The notes under the pieces are model-generated. The model was not told where the DNA came from, did not search any database, and was given only the letters and a program-made list of their open reading frames with translations. The translations under genes were made by a program, and so were the position numbers. 16,861 bases of DNA from a bacterium (GTDB lineage: Bacteria > Zhuqueibacterota > Zhuqueibacteria > Oceanimicrobiales > Oceanimicrobiaceae): contig JBBIIG010000083.1 of the NCBI GenBank assembly GCA_037446635.1, positions 1-16,861 of the forward strand. The letters run 5' to 3'. Below, piece by piece: positions 1-7,748 of this stretch (its first letter is position 1; each line of letters starts with the position of its first letter).

Positions 1-825
1 AATCGTCCCATTGGTTCATTCATTTTTCTTGGCCCGACCGGCGTCGGCAAAACCGAGCTGGCGCGGGCATTAGCGGAATTCATGTTCGACGATGAGAATG
101 CGATGGTGCGCCTCGATATGTCCGAATACATGGAGCAGTTTAACGTCTCACGGCTAATTGGCGCGCCGCCAGGATACGTCGGCTACGAAGAGGGCGGGCA
201 GCTCACGGAGGCGGTTCGCCGGCGGCCGTACTCGGTGATTCTGTTGGATGAAATCGAGAAAGCGCATCCGGAGGTGTTCAACATTTTGCTGCAGGTTCTC
301 GACGAAGGTCGACTCACCGACAGCAAAGGCCACGTGGTCAACTTTAAAAATACGATCATCATCATGACCTCCAATTTGGGCGCGGAGATGATCATGGAAA
401 AGTTCCGCGACCTCACGGACAAAAACCGCGACCAAATTTACGAGGAAACCAAACGCAGCATACTGCAGCTTTTGCAGCGGCGGATGCGGCCGGAGTTTCT
501 CAACCGCGTCGATGAGATCATTGTCTTCCATCCGCTGACGCGCGATCATCTGCACCACATCGTGGATATTCAATTCAATCGCATCGTGCGCAGTGTTTTG
601 CAGCGGCAGGGCCTCGATGCCGAGCTGACGGAGCGCGCCAAAGACTTTCTCACGGCGCAGGGCTACGACGCGGTGTTCGGCGCGCGGCCGCTGAAGCGCA
701 TTATGCAGCGCCAGATCATCAACGAGTTTTCCACGCGGATTTTGTCGGGCGAGTTTGTGAAAGGCGACAGCATTCAAATTGATGTTGTGGATGGGGGGCT
801 GGTGTTCAAGAAAAAACAGCTTTAG
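1..825 (+). CDS. clpB: ATP-dependent chaperone ClpB, C-terminal part (NBD2 and D2-small domain); 5' end lies outside the window
   Basis: Frame 1 is open from base 1: [29 protein letters not shown] (Walker A), [86 protein letters not shown]. Stop TAG at 823-825. The tail looks more like ClpB than ClpC. Confidence 0.93.
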   Translation, partial: NRPIGSFIFLGPTGVGKTELARALAEFMFDDENAMVRLDMSEYMEQFNVSRLIGAPPGYVGYEEGGQLTEAVRRRPYSVILLDEIEKAHPEVFNILLQVLDEGRLTDSKGHVVNFKNTIIIMTSNLGAEMIMEKFRDLTDKNRDQIYEETKRSILQLLQRRMRPEFLNRVDEIIVFHPLTRDHLHHIVDIQFNRIVRSVLQRQGLDAELTERAKDFLTAQGYDAVFGARPLKRIMQRQIINEFSTRILSGEFVKGDSIQIDVVDGGLVFKKKQL

Positions 826-1008
826 TTTGATTTGTAAAACTTCGCGCTTTTGGTGTTCGTGTTGCAGATATAAATTTTCGTTTTCCCCATTCCTCTCAAA
901 AAGCGCTATAATATTACGTGAAAATTATCTGGACAATTTAGTTAGGGCAATGAGGGAGCCTTGCACAAGTTTCTCATCGTAAATTTCCCGCTGATTTCTT
1001 CATCAAAA

Positions 1009-2556
1009 ATGGACGACTGGCTTTGGAGCGCATGTTTGTCGCTACTGGGAGCGGCATTGTTTTTCTGGCTGATAAAAAAACCGAAGGACGCCGTCGGCGA
1101 TTTGGCCAAACGATTTTTTTATGCGGCCGGGTTCAAGAAGCTCCAACAGGTTTCGGAGCACCTGCTGCTTTTGTCGCCCAGCAACTCCGAGTCCGGCGGC
1201 CTGGTTTATTTATGCCGCGATGAATTGGCGATCGAGGAGGGGCGCATTTCAAAAATCATCGCGCCCTTCCAGCGAAAATTCAATCACCGCCTGAAGCTGT
1301 ATTTGATTTACCGCCATCGCAGCGAGTTGTTGAAAAAGTTCGCTCTAAACGGCGGCCTCGATTGCACGACGATTCCGGTGCACGTCTCCGCCCTCGTGCA
1401 ACCGAATTACACCAGCGCCTGCCGGCAAAAATTACGCGAGTTGGAAAAGCCGTATTTGGCGCAGCTCGATCCCTACCGCGAAAATGAACCCCTTCAAGAT
1501 GGCAATTGCTTTTTTGGCCGCAGCGAACTGCTCCATCGTTTGCCCAACCTGCTTGCCGCCAGAAATCACGTCGGTATTTTTGGATTGCCCAAAGTTGGCA
1601 AAACGTCGCTGCTGATGCAGTTGCGGCAAGTTTTGAAACACACCCCCACGGTTTTGCTAGAATGCCAATCCTACCAGCTCAACGCGGAGGTTTTTTTCGA
1701 GCAAATTTTACGGCAGCTTCACGCCCAGCTTTCGTTGTTGGAAATTGACAGGCTGCCTGGCAAATCCACGGTGTATGGAAAATCGTTTGCGCGCAGTGTG
1801 AGTGGGTTAGCAAGCCACTGGCGCCGAGCTGGCCGCGGCGAACCCTTTGTTTTGATGATCGATGGCGTCGATCAGTTTATAAACGCCATGAACGGAGAGG
1901 GGGGCGAGAACGTCGCCGCCGAGTACCAACGGTTTTTTGGCGAAGTTAAAGAATTGGCCGACCGCCTGCGCGACCTGGCGCTGGTGGTGAGCGCTGACGA
2001 CGCCCAGGTGACTCGTCTGCCACGCCTGCTCGGGAAAAACGCCAACCCCCTCTTCCGATTTTTACAGGAGGAATGGCTGGGGCTTTTGTCGGCGCATCAA
2101 ACCGCCAGCCTGCTGCGGGAGTTGGGCTGGCGGCGCAGCATCAAATGGCGTGCGGACGCCCTCGAGCGGGTGTATCACTACAGCGGCGGCCACCCCTGGA
2201 TCACCCGCAGCCTCGCCAGCGTTGCCACGCGGCAGGGCGAACTTCGCGATATCGACGCCGCCGATGTTGAGACCGCGGCGCAGCACATTCAAGCAAGCTG
2301 GCCGCAACATGAAATTGGCCATTACATCGAAAATGAATGGTGGCCTGCGCTCGCGGCGGATAAAAAAAATTTGTTGGCGCGAGTCGCAGAGCATAACGGC
2401 GGCGGTTTTCCCAAACGCACTCTGGCCCCGCGCTCTCAATCCACGTACCACGATTTGGAGAACTGCGGGCTACTTGCCAACGATCTTGGACGCCTGAGTG
2501 TGGTTGGTGAATTTTTTCGATTTTTTCTATTGAAAAAGGTTGCGGCACTCCCCTGA
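1009..2556 (+). CDS. STAND-class/AAA-like P-loop NTPase with N-terminal transmembrane segment
   Basis: Hydrophobic N-terminus WLWSACLSLLGAALFFWLIKK; pre-NTPase motif DPY..NEP..GNCFFGRSELL; Walker A GLPKVGKTS (1582-1608); Walker B-position FVLMIDGVD; STAND GxP motif YSGGHPW; C-terminal winged-helix-like segment (LENCGLL). Start chosen at ATG 1009; TTG 961 is in the same frame and is an alternative. Confidence 0.8.
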   Translation: MDDWLWSACLSLLGAALFFWLIKKPKDAVGDLAKRFFYAAGFKKLQQVSEHLLLLSPSNSESGGLVYLCRDELAIEEGRISKIIAPFQRKFNHRLKLYLIYRHRSELLKKFALNGGLDCTTIPVHVSALVQPNYTSACRQKLRELEKPYLAQLDPYRENEPLQDGNCFFGRSELLHRLPNLLAARNHVGIFGLPKVGKTSLLMQLRQVLKHTPTVLLECQSYQLNAEVFFEQILRQLHAQLSLLEIDRLPGKSTVYGKSFARSVSGLASHWRRAGRGEPFVLMIDGVDQFINAMNGEGGENVAAEYQRFFGEVKELADRLRDLALVVSADDAQVTRLPRLLGKNANPLFRFLQEEWLGLLSAHQTASLLRELGWRRSIKWRADALERVYHYSGGHPWITRSLASVATRQGELRDIDAADVETAAQHIQASWPQHEIGHYIENEWWPALAADKKNLLARVAEHNGGGFPKRTLAPRSQSTYHDLENCGLLANDLGRLSVVGEFFRFFLLKKVAALP

Positions 2557-2704
2557 CGCTTTCTTTTTATGAAAAATCTACCGGAATCTCGTGTTATCGT
2601 GTAAAGCCTACACGTCAATAAATTCGTTTGCCAGCGCGGTGGTCTAATTTTATAAAAATCTTCAAATCAGCGCTCGTCGCGGTTTTTTAAATCGACAGCG
2701 ATTT

Positions 2705-2732
2705 TTGAGTGTTGTGGTATTTTTTATATTTT
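2705..2732 (+). promoter_or_regulatory. Putative sigma70-type promoter for the long leader of the 3064 gene
   Basis: TTGAGT (2705-2710), 16 nt spacer, TATTTT (2727-2732) in an AT-rich tract. The predicted start (~2739) falls where the complementary segments begin. Confidence 0.35.
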
Positions 2733-2736
2733 CTAA

Positions 2737-3063
2737 TTTCAGAGCCCAACTGGCCTTTGGTTGGAAGCAGCTGGCGACACGCACGATAAAAGACATTTAA
2801 AAAATTGGACATACCTCTGCAAAAAAGCCGCGCCCGACGTGTTGAATTATTTCTGGCATTGGCTTTGCTTTCGCGAAACGTGCAAGCAGAGGAAACGGCT
2901 GCTTCAAAACAATCCCGAACATCTGGAGGCAGGGGGACGGTGGTGGATCTGGCTCAAGTTGATCTCACATCACGCACTGCATCGCACTACATTCGTTGCC
3001 ACCACACATTCGTTATCGAAACGGGGGAAGACGTTTTCACCTCATTTCTGAAAGAGGCGACCG
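2737..3063 (+). ncRNA. Candidate structured 5' leader or sRNA, no family recognised
   Basis: Nested complementary segments: GAAGCAGC 2764-2771 / GCTGCTTC 2898-2905; CCTCTGC 2814-2820 / GCAGAGG 2886-2892; AAAGCC 2824-2829 / GGCTTT 2861-2866; GTGGTGG 2940-2946 / CCACCAC 2999-3005. Alternative hairpins around the RBS at 3023-3057. Confidence 0.4.
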
Positions 3064-4296
3064 ATGTTTCGCGACGGAAACTGGGAGGGAAAGAATCGCG
3101 CTCGGCCCAACGACATCATCGGCCTGGATGAAATCGATACCCTTGACGATCTCATCCGCGTCAAAGTCGAATTGATGGGCGAGAAGGACGTGCTGGCGCA
3201 TGAGGTTATCAAAATTTTGCGCAAAGAATTCGACTCGCCGCAGGTGCTCAGCGCTCTCAAAAGCGTGCGGCTCTCCAAAGCGGATTTCCTCGATCTCAAA
3301 CAACTCACCGCGGTTTTGCACAGCATTCCCGATAAGCTTTACTATTTTTTGTGGAGCCTCAAAAATTCCGACCTGCTGCCCGTGGAAGGGGTGATTTCCT
3401 CGTTTCAATTGCAGAAGGCGGTTTTCTATCTGTACAAATTTTTGTTGGTTCTGGAAGTTTTTATAAAACGCGCGCCGCGCAATATTCCGGTTTACGAGAA
3501 CCTGGGATTCGTTTATCTCGATCTGGCGGGTCTGGCGAAATACAGCCGTTTCGGCTTGCTGCTCAAAGGCAGCGTGTACCCCCACACGGCGCTGCTGCGA
3601 AAAGCCATCACCTGTTTTCAAATTGCATTGAAGCTGGAGGCGCGCCACGGCAAAGAGCTGGATGCATTTCATAAAAATACCCTGCGGCTGCTGGATAACA
3701 GCTTCGATTTTCGACAGTCTCGCATCAACCTCTATCTCAACCCCTGGTATTTCCTGTACATTTCGTCGGCGCTGCGGCAGTTGAACGATGAAGAAGGCGC
3801 CGAGGCCTATCTGCAAAAAGCCCGCATCATTTTAAACGGCCTGGCCAATCATTTCAATCCGCGCGTCAAATCCCAGCAGCCGGTGCTGGAAGCGGTTTAC
3901 GCCATCCTGAAAGATGCGGAGAACGTGCGCTTCGATTTCGAAGAAAACGAGGTGACCGTTCTCGAAAAAAAGATCAAACACGTGCGTATGGAAAAACGCA
4001 ACGGCAACAGCCAGCGCAGTTGTTACAGTCCGCTGGTGGAAGACGCGCTGCTGCAGCAGTACCGGCAGCGAAATATGTTTAAAGAACAGCGCCTGCCCGA
4101 TCCCCGCCAGTTGAATTTTCTGAACAGCATTTTTACGCTCTATCGTCAGGTGTCCTCGCCAGCCGAGCGGGATAAATTGATTTATCGTTTAAACATCCCA
4201 CCCCTGAAAATAAAAGGCCGCCCGCAGGCGATGAAACGCCTGCTCTCCCGACCCAACGGCGCCGCGCACGCGCAGCCGCCTGCCAAAGTCCGTTAA
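3064..4296 (+). CDS. Hypothetical alpha-helical protein with TPR-like segments
   Basis: 410 aa ORF, RBS-like AAGAGG at 3052-3057. TPR-like helices PRNIPVYENLGFVYLDLA...LLRKAITCFQIALKLE and PWYFLYISSALRQLNDEEGAEAYLQKARII. No signal peptide or catalytic motif recognised. Confidence 0.75.
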   Translation: MFRDGNWEGKNRARPNDIIGLDEIDTLDDLIRVKVELMGEKDVLAHEVIKILRKEFDSPQVLSALKSVRLSKADFLDLKQLTAVLHSIPDKLYYFLWSLKNSDLLPVEGVISSFQLQKAVFYLYKFLLVLEVFIKRAPRNIPVYENLGFVYLDLAGLAKYSRFGLLLKGSVYPHTALLRKAITCFQIALKLEARHGKELDAFHKNTLRLLDNSFDFRQSRINLYLNPWYFLYISSALRQLNDEEGAEAYLQKARIILNGLANHFNPRVKSQQPVLEAVYAILKDAENVRFDFEENEVTVLEKKIKHVRMEKRNGNSQRSCYSPLVEDALLQQYRQRNMFKEQRLPDPRQLNFLNSIFTLYRQVSSPAERDKLIYRLNIPPLKIKGRPQAMKRLLSRPNGAAHAQPPAKVR

Positions 4297-4329
4297 AATT
4301 CCATCGACCCGAAGTCCGCAACAAAGTCC

Positions 4330-4358
4330 TTGCATTTTAGTTCTCATAGGATTATTTT
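4330..4358 (+). promoter_or_regulatory. Putative sigma70-type promoter upstream of the 4430 gene
   Basis: TTGCAT (4330-4335), 17 nt spacer, TATTTT (4353-4358); RBS GAGGAG at 4421-4426. Confidence 0.4.
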
Positions 4359-4429
4359 TCCGAGGCTTTTCGTAATTACTCAAAACGGCCGCGTCTGGTA
4401 CCTATCACAAATAAATTATTGAGGAGTGT

Positions 4430-5503
4430 ATGATGAAAGCTATTTTCACAACCTGCTTGATCGCGATTGTCTTTCTCAACCTGGGTTTGGCGCAGGTGAC
4501 GGTCGTTGAAAAAGCCAGCAAGTCCACCATCACCTTTAAGGGGTTTGGAACCTACAACACCGATGAAACTACTATCACTTCGGAAGAAGTGAAGCGATCG
4601 GATTCCAAAAATAATTTTAAGGGACAGGGGCTTGCCGGAAAATTGGTGGGCAAATTTTTTGCAAAGCCCGCCGACGCCGGCGAAATCATCAACCTGCCGG
4701 AATCCAATATTTACGAATGGGACGTGAAGAAAAAGAAATGCAGCGTTCGGCCCATCAAAAAGCTGGAACTCGAGCCGAAAGAATCCGCTGCCAAAGAACC
4801 CGCTGCGGAGGATAAAGAAGATTTAGAAAAGGAGAAAGAACGGGAAAGCTCCATTGAGATTATTAAGAGCGAGTTCAAAGTTGAGAAAACCGGTAAATCC
4901 GGCACCGTCAACAATTTTCCGTTTGATGAATATTGGATCAATGCCTACACCCTGTGGCGCGATAAACAAAGCGGGATGATCGGCTGCGACAGCCTGTCCG
5001 TGCTGAGTTCGATGACCCCGCACTCGGAGAGCATTCAAAAAGGCATGGCGATCGAGGCGGCGTTTGCAACCAGCTATCTCGAAAAATTGGGAATCAATCT
5101 CGCACAAACTCAGGATGCGCTACTCGGCAGCCAGTGGTTGAAAATGCTTCAGCAAATGAAAAGCGAAGATGTCGCCGCTGATTCCAAATATCAAAATATG
5201 GCCGATGAGATGGCCAAGCTCGATGGGCTTTATCCAGTGGTGACCGACGGCAAATACTACGCGCGGCGCAGCGGCGGCGAACAGATGGCCAGCAAAAGTG
5301 AGGAGCCGCAAGAAGAGTCCACGGACGTCACCGACGTTAAAAAGGGCCTCGGCGGTTTGGCAAAAGGCATGTTTGGGAAAAAGAAGGAAGACGAAAAGCC
5401 GAAAGGTCTGGAACCAGCGCTGGCGTTTTACACCGAAGTTTTGAAATGGAACGTCGCCGCGGTTGACGCTGGCCGATTCACGTCGCCCTTTCCGTGTAAA
5501 TGA
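4430..5503 (+). CDS. Secreted/periplasmic hypothetical protein, loosely DUF4412-like
   Basis: Strong RBS GAGGAG; Sec signal peptide MMKAIFTTCLIAIVFLNLGLA-Q; Lys/Glu-rich linkers; GLGGLAKGMFGKKK segment; C-terminal VDAGRFTSP. Family assignment is by resemblance only. ATG 4433 is an alternative start. Confidence 0.8.
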   Translation: MMKAIFTTCLIAIVFLNLGLAQVTVVEKASKSTITFKGFGTYNTDETTITSEEVKRSDSKNNFKGQGLAGKLVGKFFAKPADAGEIINLPESNIYEWDVKKKKCSVRPIKKLELEPKESAAKEPAAEDKEDLEKEKERESSIEIIKSEFKVEKTGKSGTVNNFPFDEYWINAYTLWRDKQSGMIGCDSLSVLSSMTPHSESIQKGMAIEAAFATSYLEKLGINLAQTQDALLGSQWLKMLQQMKSEDVAADSKYQNMADEMAKLDGLYPVVTDGKYYARRSGGEQMASKSEEPQEESTDVTDVKKGLGGLAKGMFGKKKEDEKPKGLEPALAFYTEVLKWNVAAVDAGRFTSPFPCK

Positions 5504-5526
5504 AACGATCACCCTAACAATCGAAA

Positions 5527-7212
5527 ATGGCTGCCCTCGTTCTGATCAAAGAAAAAATCAACAACTGGTCGAAACGGCCGTTGACTTTTAACAGCGCGTG
5601 TTGTTTTTCAATCATCGTGCACGCGGTGTTGTTTTTGGCCGCCGCCGTGGTGCTGCATTTTTTTGAAACGGTCAACTTTTATTCGCCGCCGCTGATTTTT
5701 GACTACGTGTTTGCTCCGGAGCAGGAAGTCGGCCAGGCGCTGGAAAGTTTGGAAGCCGAATCGGAGCCGGAGGTGCCGACAAAACCGTCTAAAACGACGC
5801 AACTCGAACCAAAACCCACCGCGCGCGCAGCCAATCCGGAAGTTTCAAACCGACCATCTGCGAATGAAAATCGCAGCGCAGAGGAAGCGGCGCCGGCCTA
5901 CTCGGCGGCTGATGGAATAATAGAAGAAGATCCGCTCGACCAAACCACCGCAGCGGGCGCCGATCCCGATGAAGCTGCGACGAGGGAACCGCAGGCGCCG
6001 TTCTACGTCGAGGCGGTTTTGCCGAAACGGCTGTCGTTTGAGCAGCTCGCCTCCCGGCCGCGCGATGATGTTCCCGCTAAAATTTTTATATCTAAAAAAC
6101 AGCAGAAGATGCTGGCGAAGAAAATCAAAAAGTGGTCGGAAGAACTCGATCCCGAAAAATGGACTGAGTCAAACATCGAATGGCGGCACGACGGCAAAAC
6201 CTATTCGGCGAGACTGCTGCGCCGGCCCGCCGCCAGCGCAACCGCGCTGGACGAGGCGGTGATCGAAATCAGCACCGCGGAAGACGGTTACGTGGTGTCC
6301 ACTGAAATGCGATTGCGGCGGCTGGCTTTCTCCAATTTCGCGCAATTCGTGGATTACTGGGATCCCAACGTCGCCGTTCATAACGATGAATTGAACGGCC
6401 GCTTTCACGCCAACACCACCATCAACGTCAGCAGCAGCCGCGGCGTCAAACCAAAATTCAATGGCAAAGTCACCACCGCCTCTTATGACGTGAAAATGGC
6501 CGGCCCCTTTCCGGTGTTCGATCAAAAGGCAATTTTTCTGGGCGGCCTCGAAACCGGCGTCAAAGAAATCCGTTTGCCCAAAACCAATTTGCCGTTTCTG
6601 AGCGACAGCACCATTTCCGAAAATCAATGGCACCGACTGACAGAAGAAAGCTGGCTGCATTTTCGCGGCGACGGCACGTACAGTTGGCGAAGCAAGTCAG
6701 CGGAGAAAGAACAAAAACAACTTTTGCCCAATCTGCCGTTTTATATCATTGGAGAAGAGGACGCCCGGCTGCACGTCAAAGGCGTATTACGCGGACAGAT
6801 TTTGATCTACGCCGCCGATCGCATTATTATTGATGACGACCTCATCTACTCTCGCCACCCGGAGGCGGCAACGGATGCGGATGATTTTCTGGGACTGGTG
6901 AGCGAAAAGGATATCGAGATCGCGCATCCCGATATCACCGGGCCGGGGGATTTGCACATTCACGCCTCGATTTACGCCAAAAGCCGGTTTCGCGTCCGCC
7001 ATTTGCAGGGCAAGAATGACGCAACCCTTTACATTTACGGCAGTCTCACCGCCGGTTCCATCAGCGCCACGGAGCCGCGCTACGCCACTCACATTACATT
7101 TGACAAACGCCTCGAGTCGCGGCGGCCGCCCAATTTCCCGATGTCGGATCGCTACGAGCTGAAGGATTGGGACGGCGCGTGGAAGCTCAAACCCCGGGGA
7201 AAAGTGGAGTGA
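5527..7212 (+). CDS. Membrane-anchored hypothetical protein: TonB/TolA-like N-terminal helix, acidic Pro/Ala/Glu linker, beta-rich C-terminal domain (DUF4900/PilX-associated-like)
   Basis: TM helix FSIIVHAVLFLAAAVVL with S-x3-H (5608-5622); long E/P/A-rich linker; C-terminal motifs LNGRFHAN, PKFNGKVT, DFLGLVSEKDI, LHIHASIYA, LYIYGSL, FDKRL...PPNFP. Confidence 0.78.
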   Translation: MAALVLIKEKINNWSKRPLTFNSACCFSIIVHAVLFLAAAVVLHFFETVNFYSPPLIFDYVFAPEQEVGQALESLEAESEPEVPTKPSKTTQLEPKPTARAANPEVSNRPSANENRSAEEAAPAYSAADGIIEEDPLDQTTAAGADPDEAATREPQAPFYVEAVLPKRLSFEQLASRPRDDVPAKIFISKKQQKMLAKKIKKWSEELDPEKWTESNIEWRHDGKTYSARLLRRPAASATALDEAVIEISTAEDGYVVSTEMRLRRLAFSNFAQFVDYWDPNVAVHNDELNGRFHANTTINVSSSRGVKPKFNGKVTTASYDVKMAGPFPVFDQKAIFLGGLETGVKEIRLPKTNLPFLSDSTISENQWHRLTEESWLHFRGDGTYSWRSKSAEKEQKQLLPNLPFYIIGEEDARLHVKGVLRGQILIYAADRIIIDDDLIYSRHPEAATDADDFLGLVSEKDIEIAHPDITGPGDLHIHASIYAKSRFRVRHLQGKNDATLYIYGSLTAGSISATEPRYATHITFDKRLESRRPPNFPMSDRYELKDWDGAWKLKPRGKVE

Positions 7213-7219
7213 TGGATGT

Positions 7220-7242
7220 GTAACTCAAAGCTCTGCTTTGAG
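7220..7242 (+). repeat. REP-like palindrome, copy 1
   Basis: GTAA + CTCAAAGC-TCT-GCTTTGAG, a perfect 8 bp stem with 3 nt loop. 7222-7244 is the exact reverse complement of 16261-16283. Confidence 0.7.
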
Positions 7243-7264
7243 AAGCTTTGGATGAATGGATCGT

Positions 7265-7336
7265 AAATTTAAAATGCAAATTGAAGAAATCAAAATTCAA
7301 ATTTACATCTCACGTTTCACGTTTCACATCTCACTT
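7265..7336. repeat. Two adjacent degenerate heptamer tandem arrays
   Basis: aaattta aaatgca aattgaa gaaatca aaattca (7265-7299), then tttacat ctcacgt ttcacgt ttcacat ctcactt (7302-7336). Confidence 0.7.
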
Positions 7337-7340
7337 TAAA

Positions 7341-7748
7341 ATGAAAGATATCGCCACACTTTTAGACGATCCCCAAACCACGATCGCGGTGGTGGGTGCC
7401 AACGACAATCCCGCGAAATACGGCGCGGTCATTTATCGCGATTTGAAGCGCAAGGGGTTTAAGGTGTACCCGGTCAATCCCAACCGCAAAACCGTGGATG
7501 GCGATCCCGCTTACCCGCGGCTCGCCGATCTGCCGGTGAAGCCCACCATCGTGAATATTGTGGTGCCGCCGGACGTAACCATGCGGATTCTTCGCGATTG
7601 TTTGCAATTGGGGTTGATGAATATCTGGGTGCAGCCCGGCGCCGAAAGTCCGCAGGTGCTCTCTTTTTTGCAAAAGAATCAATTCAACTATCTCGCCAAC
7701 GCCTGCATCATGGTGAGCAGCCGCATGAAAGGCGCCGCCCGTGCTTAA
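7341..7748 (+). CDS. CoA-binding protein (YccU / CoA_binding_2 family)
   Basis: TIAVVGANDNPAKYG..IYRDLKRKGFKVYPVNPN, AYPRLADLP, IWVQPGAES, NACIMV are typical of the family. Start moved from 7248 to ATG 7341 because the upstream extension only translates the tandem repeats. Confidence 0.9.
   Translation: MKDIATLLDDPQTTIAVVGANDNPAKYGAVIYRDLKRKGFKVYPVNPNRKTVDGDPAYPRLADLPVKPTIVNIVVPPDVTMRILRDCLQLGLMNIWVQPGAESPQVLSFLQKNQFNYLANACIMVSSRMKGAARA

Noticed and set aside
154..777. Long antisense ORFs here and at 3037-3816, 6169-6660, 7765-8277, 9764-10255, 11845-12348, 16233-16706
   Set aside because: Shadow ORFs opposite well-supported genes, with no motifs of their own.
844..912. 8 bp inverted repeat GCGCTTTT/AAAAGCGC and a TATAAT at 907-912
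   Set aside because: 47 nt spacer, no U-tract and no convincing -35; too weak to call as terminator, operator or promoter.
2805..3131. 108 aa ORF with a signal-peptide-like stretch (ELFLALALLSRNVQA), and the overlapping 2761-3051 ORF
   Set aside because: TTG starts without an RBS, 68 bp overlap with the 3064 gene, no recognisable domain; the region is better explained as a structured leader. Not fully excluded.
7248..7340. N-terminal extension of the CoA-binding ORF in the track
   Set aside because: It translates the heptamer arrays (FTSHVSRFTSHF); family resemblance begins at ATG 7341.
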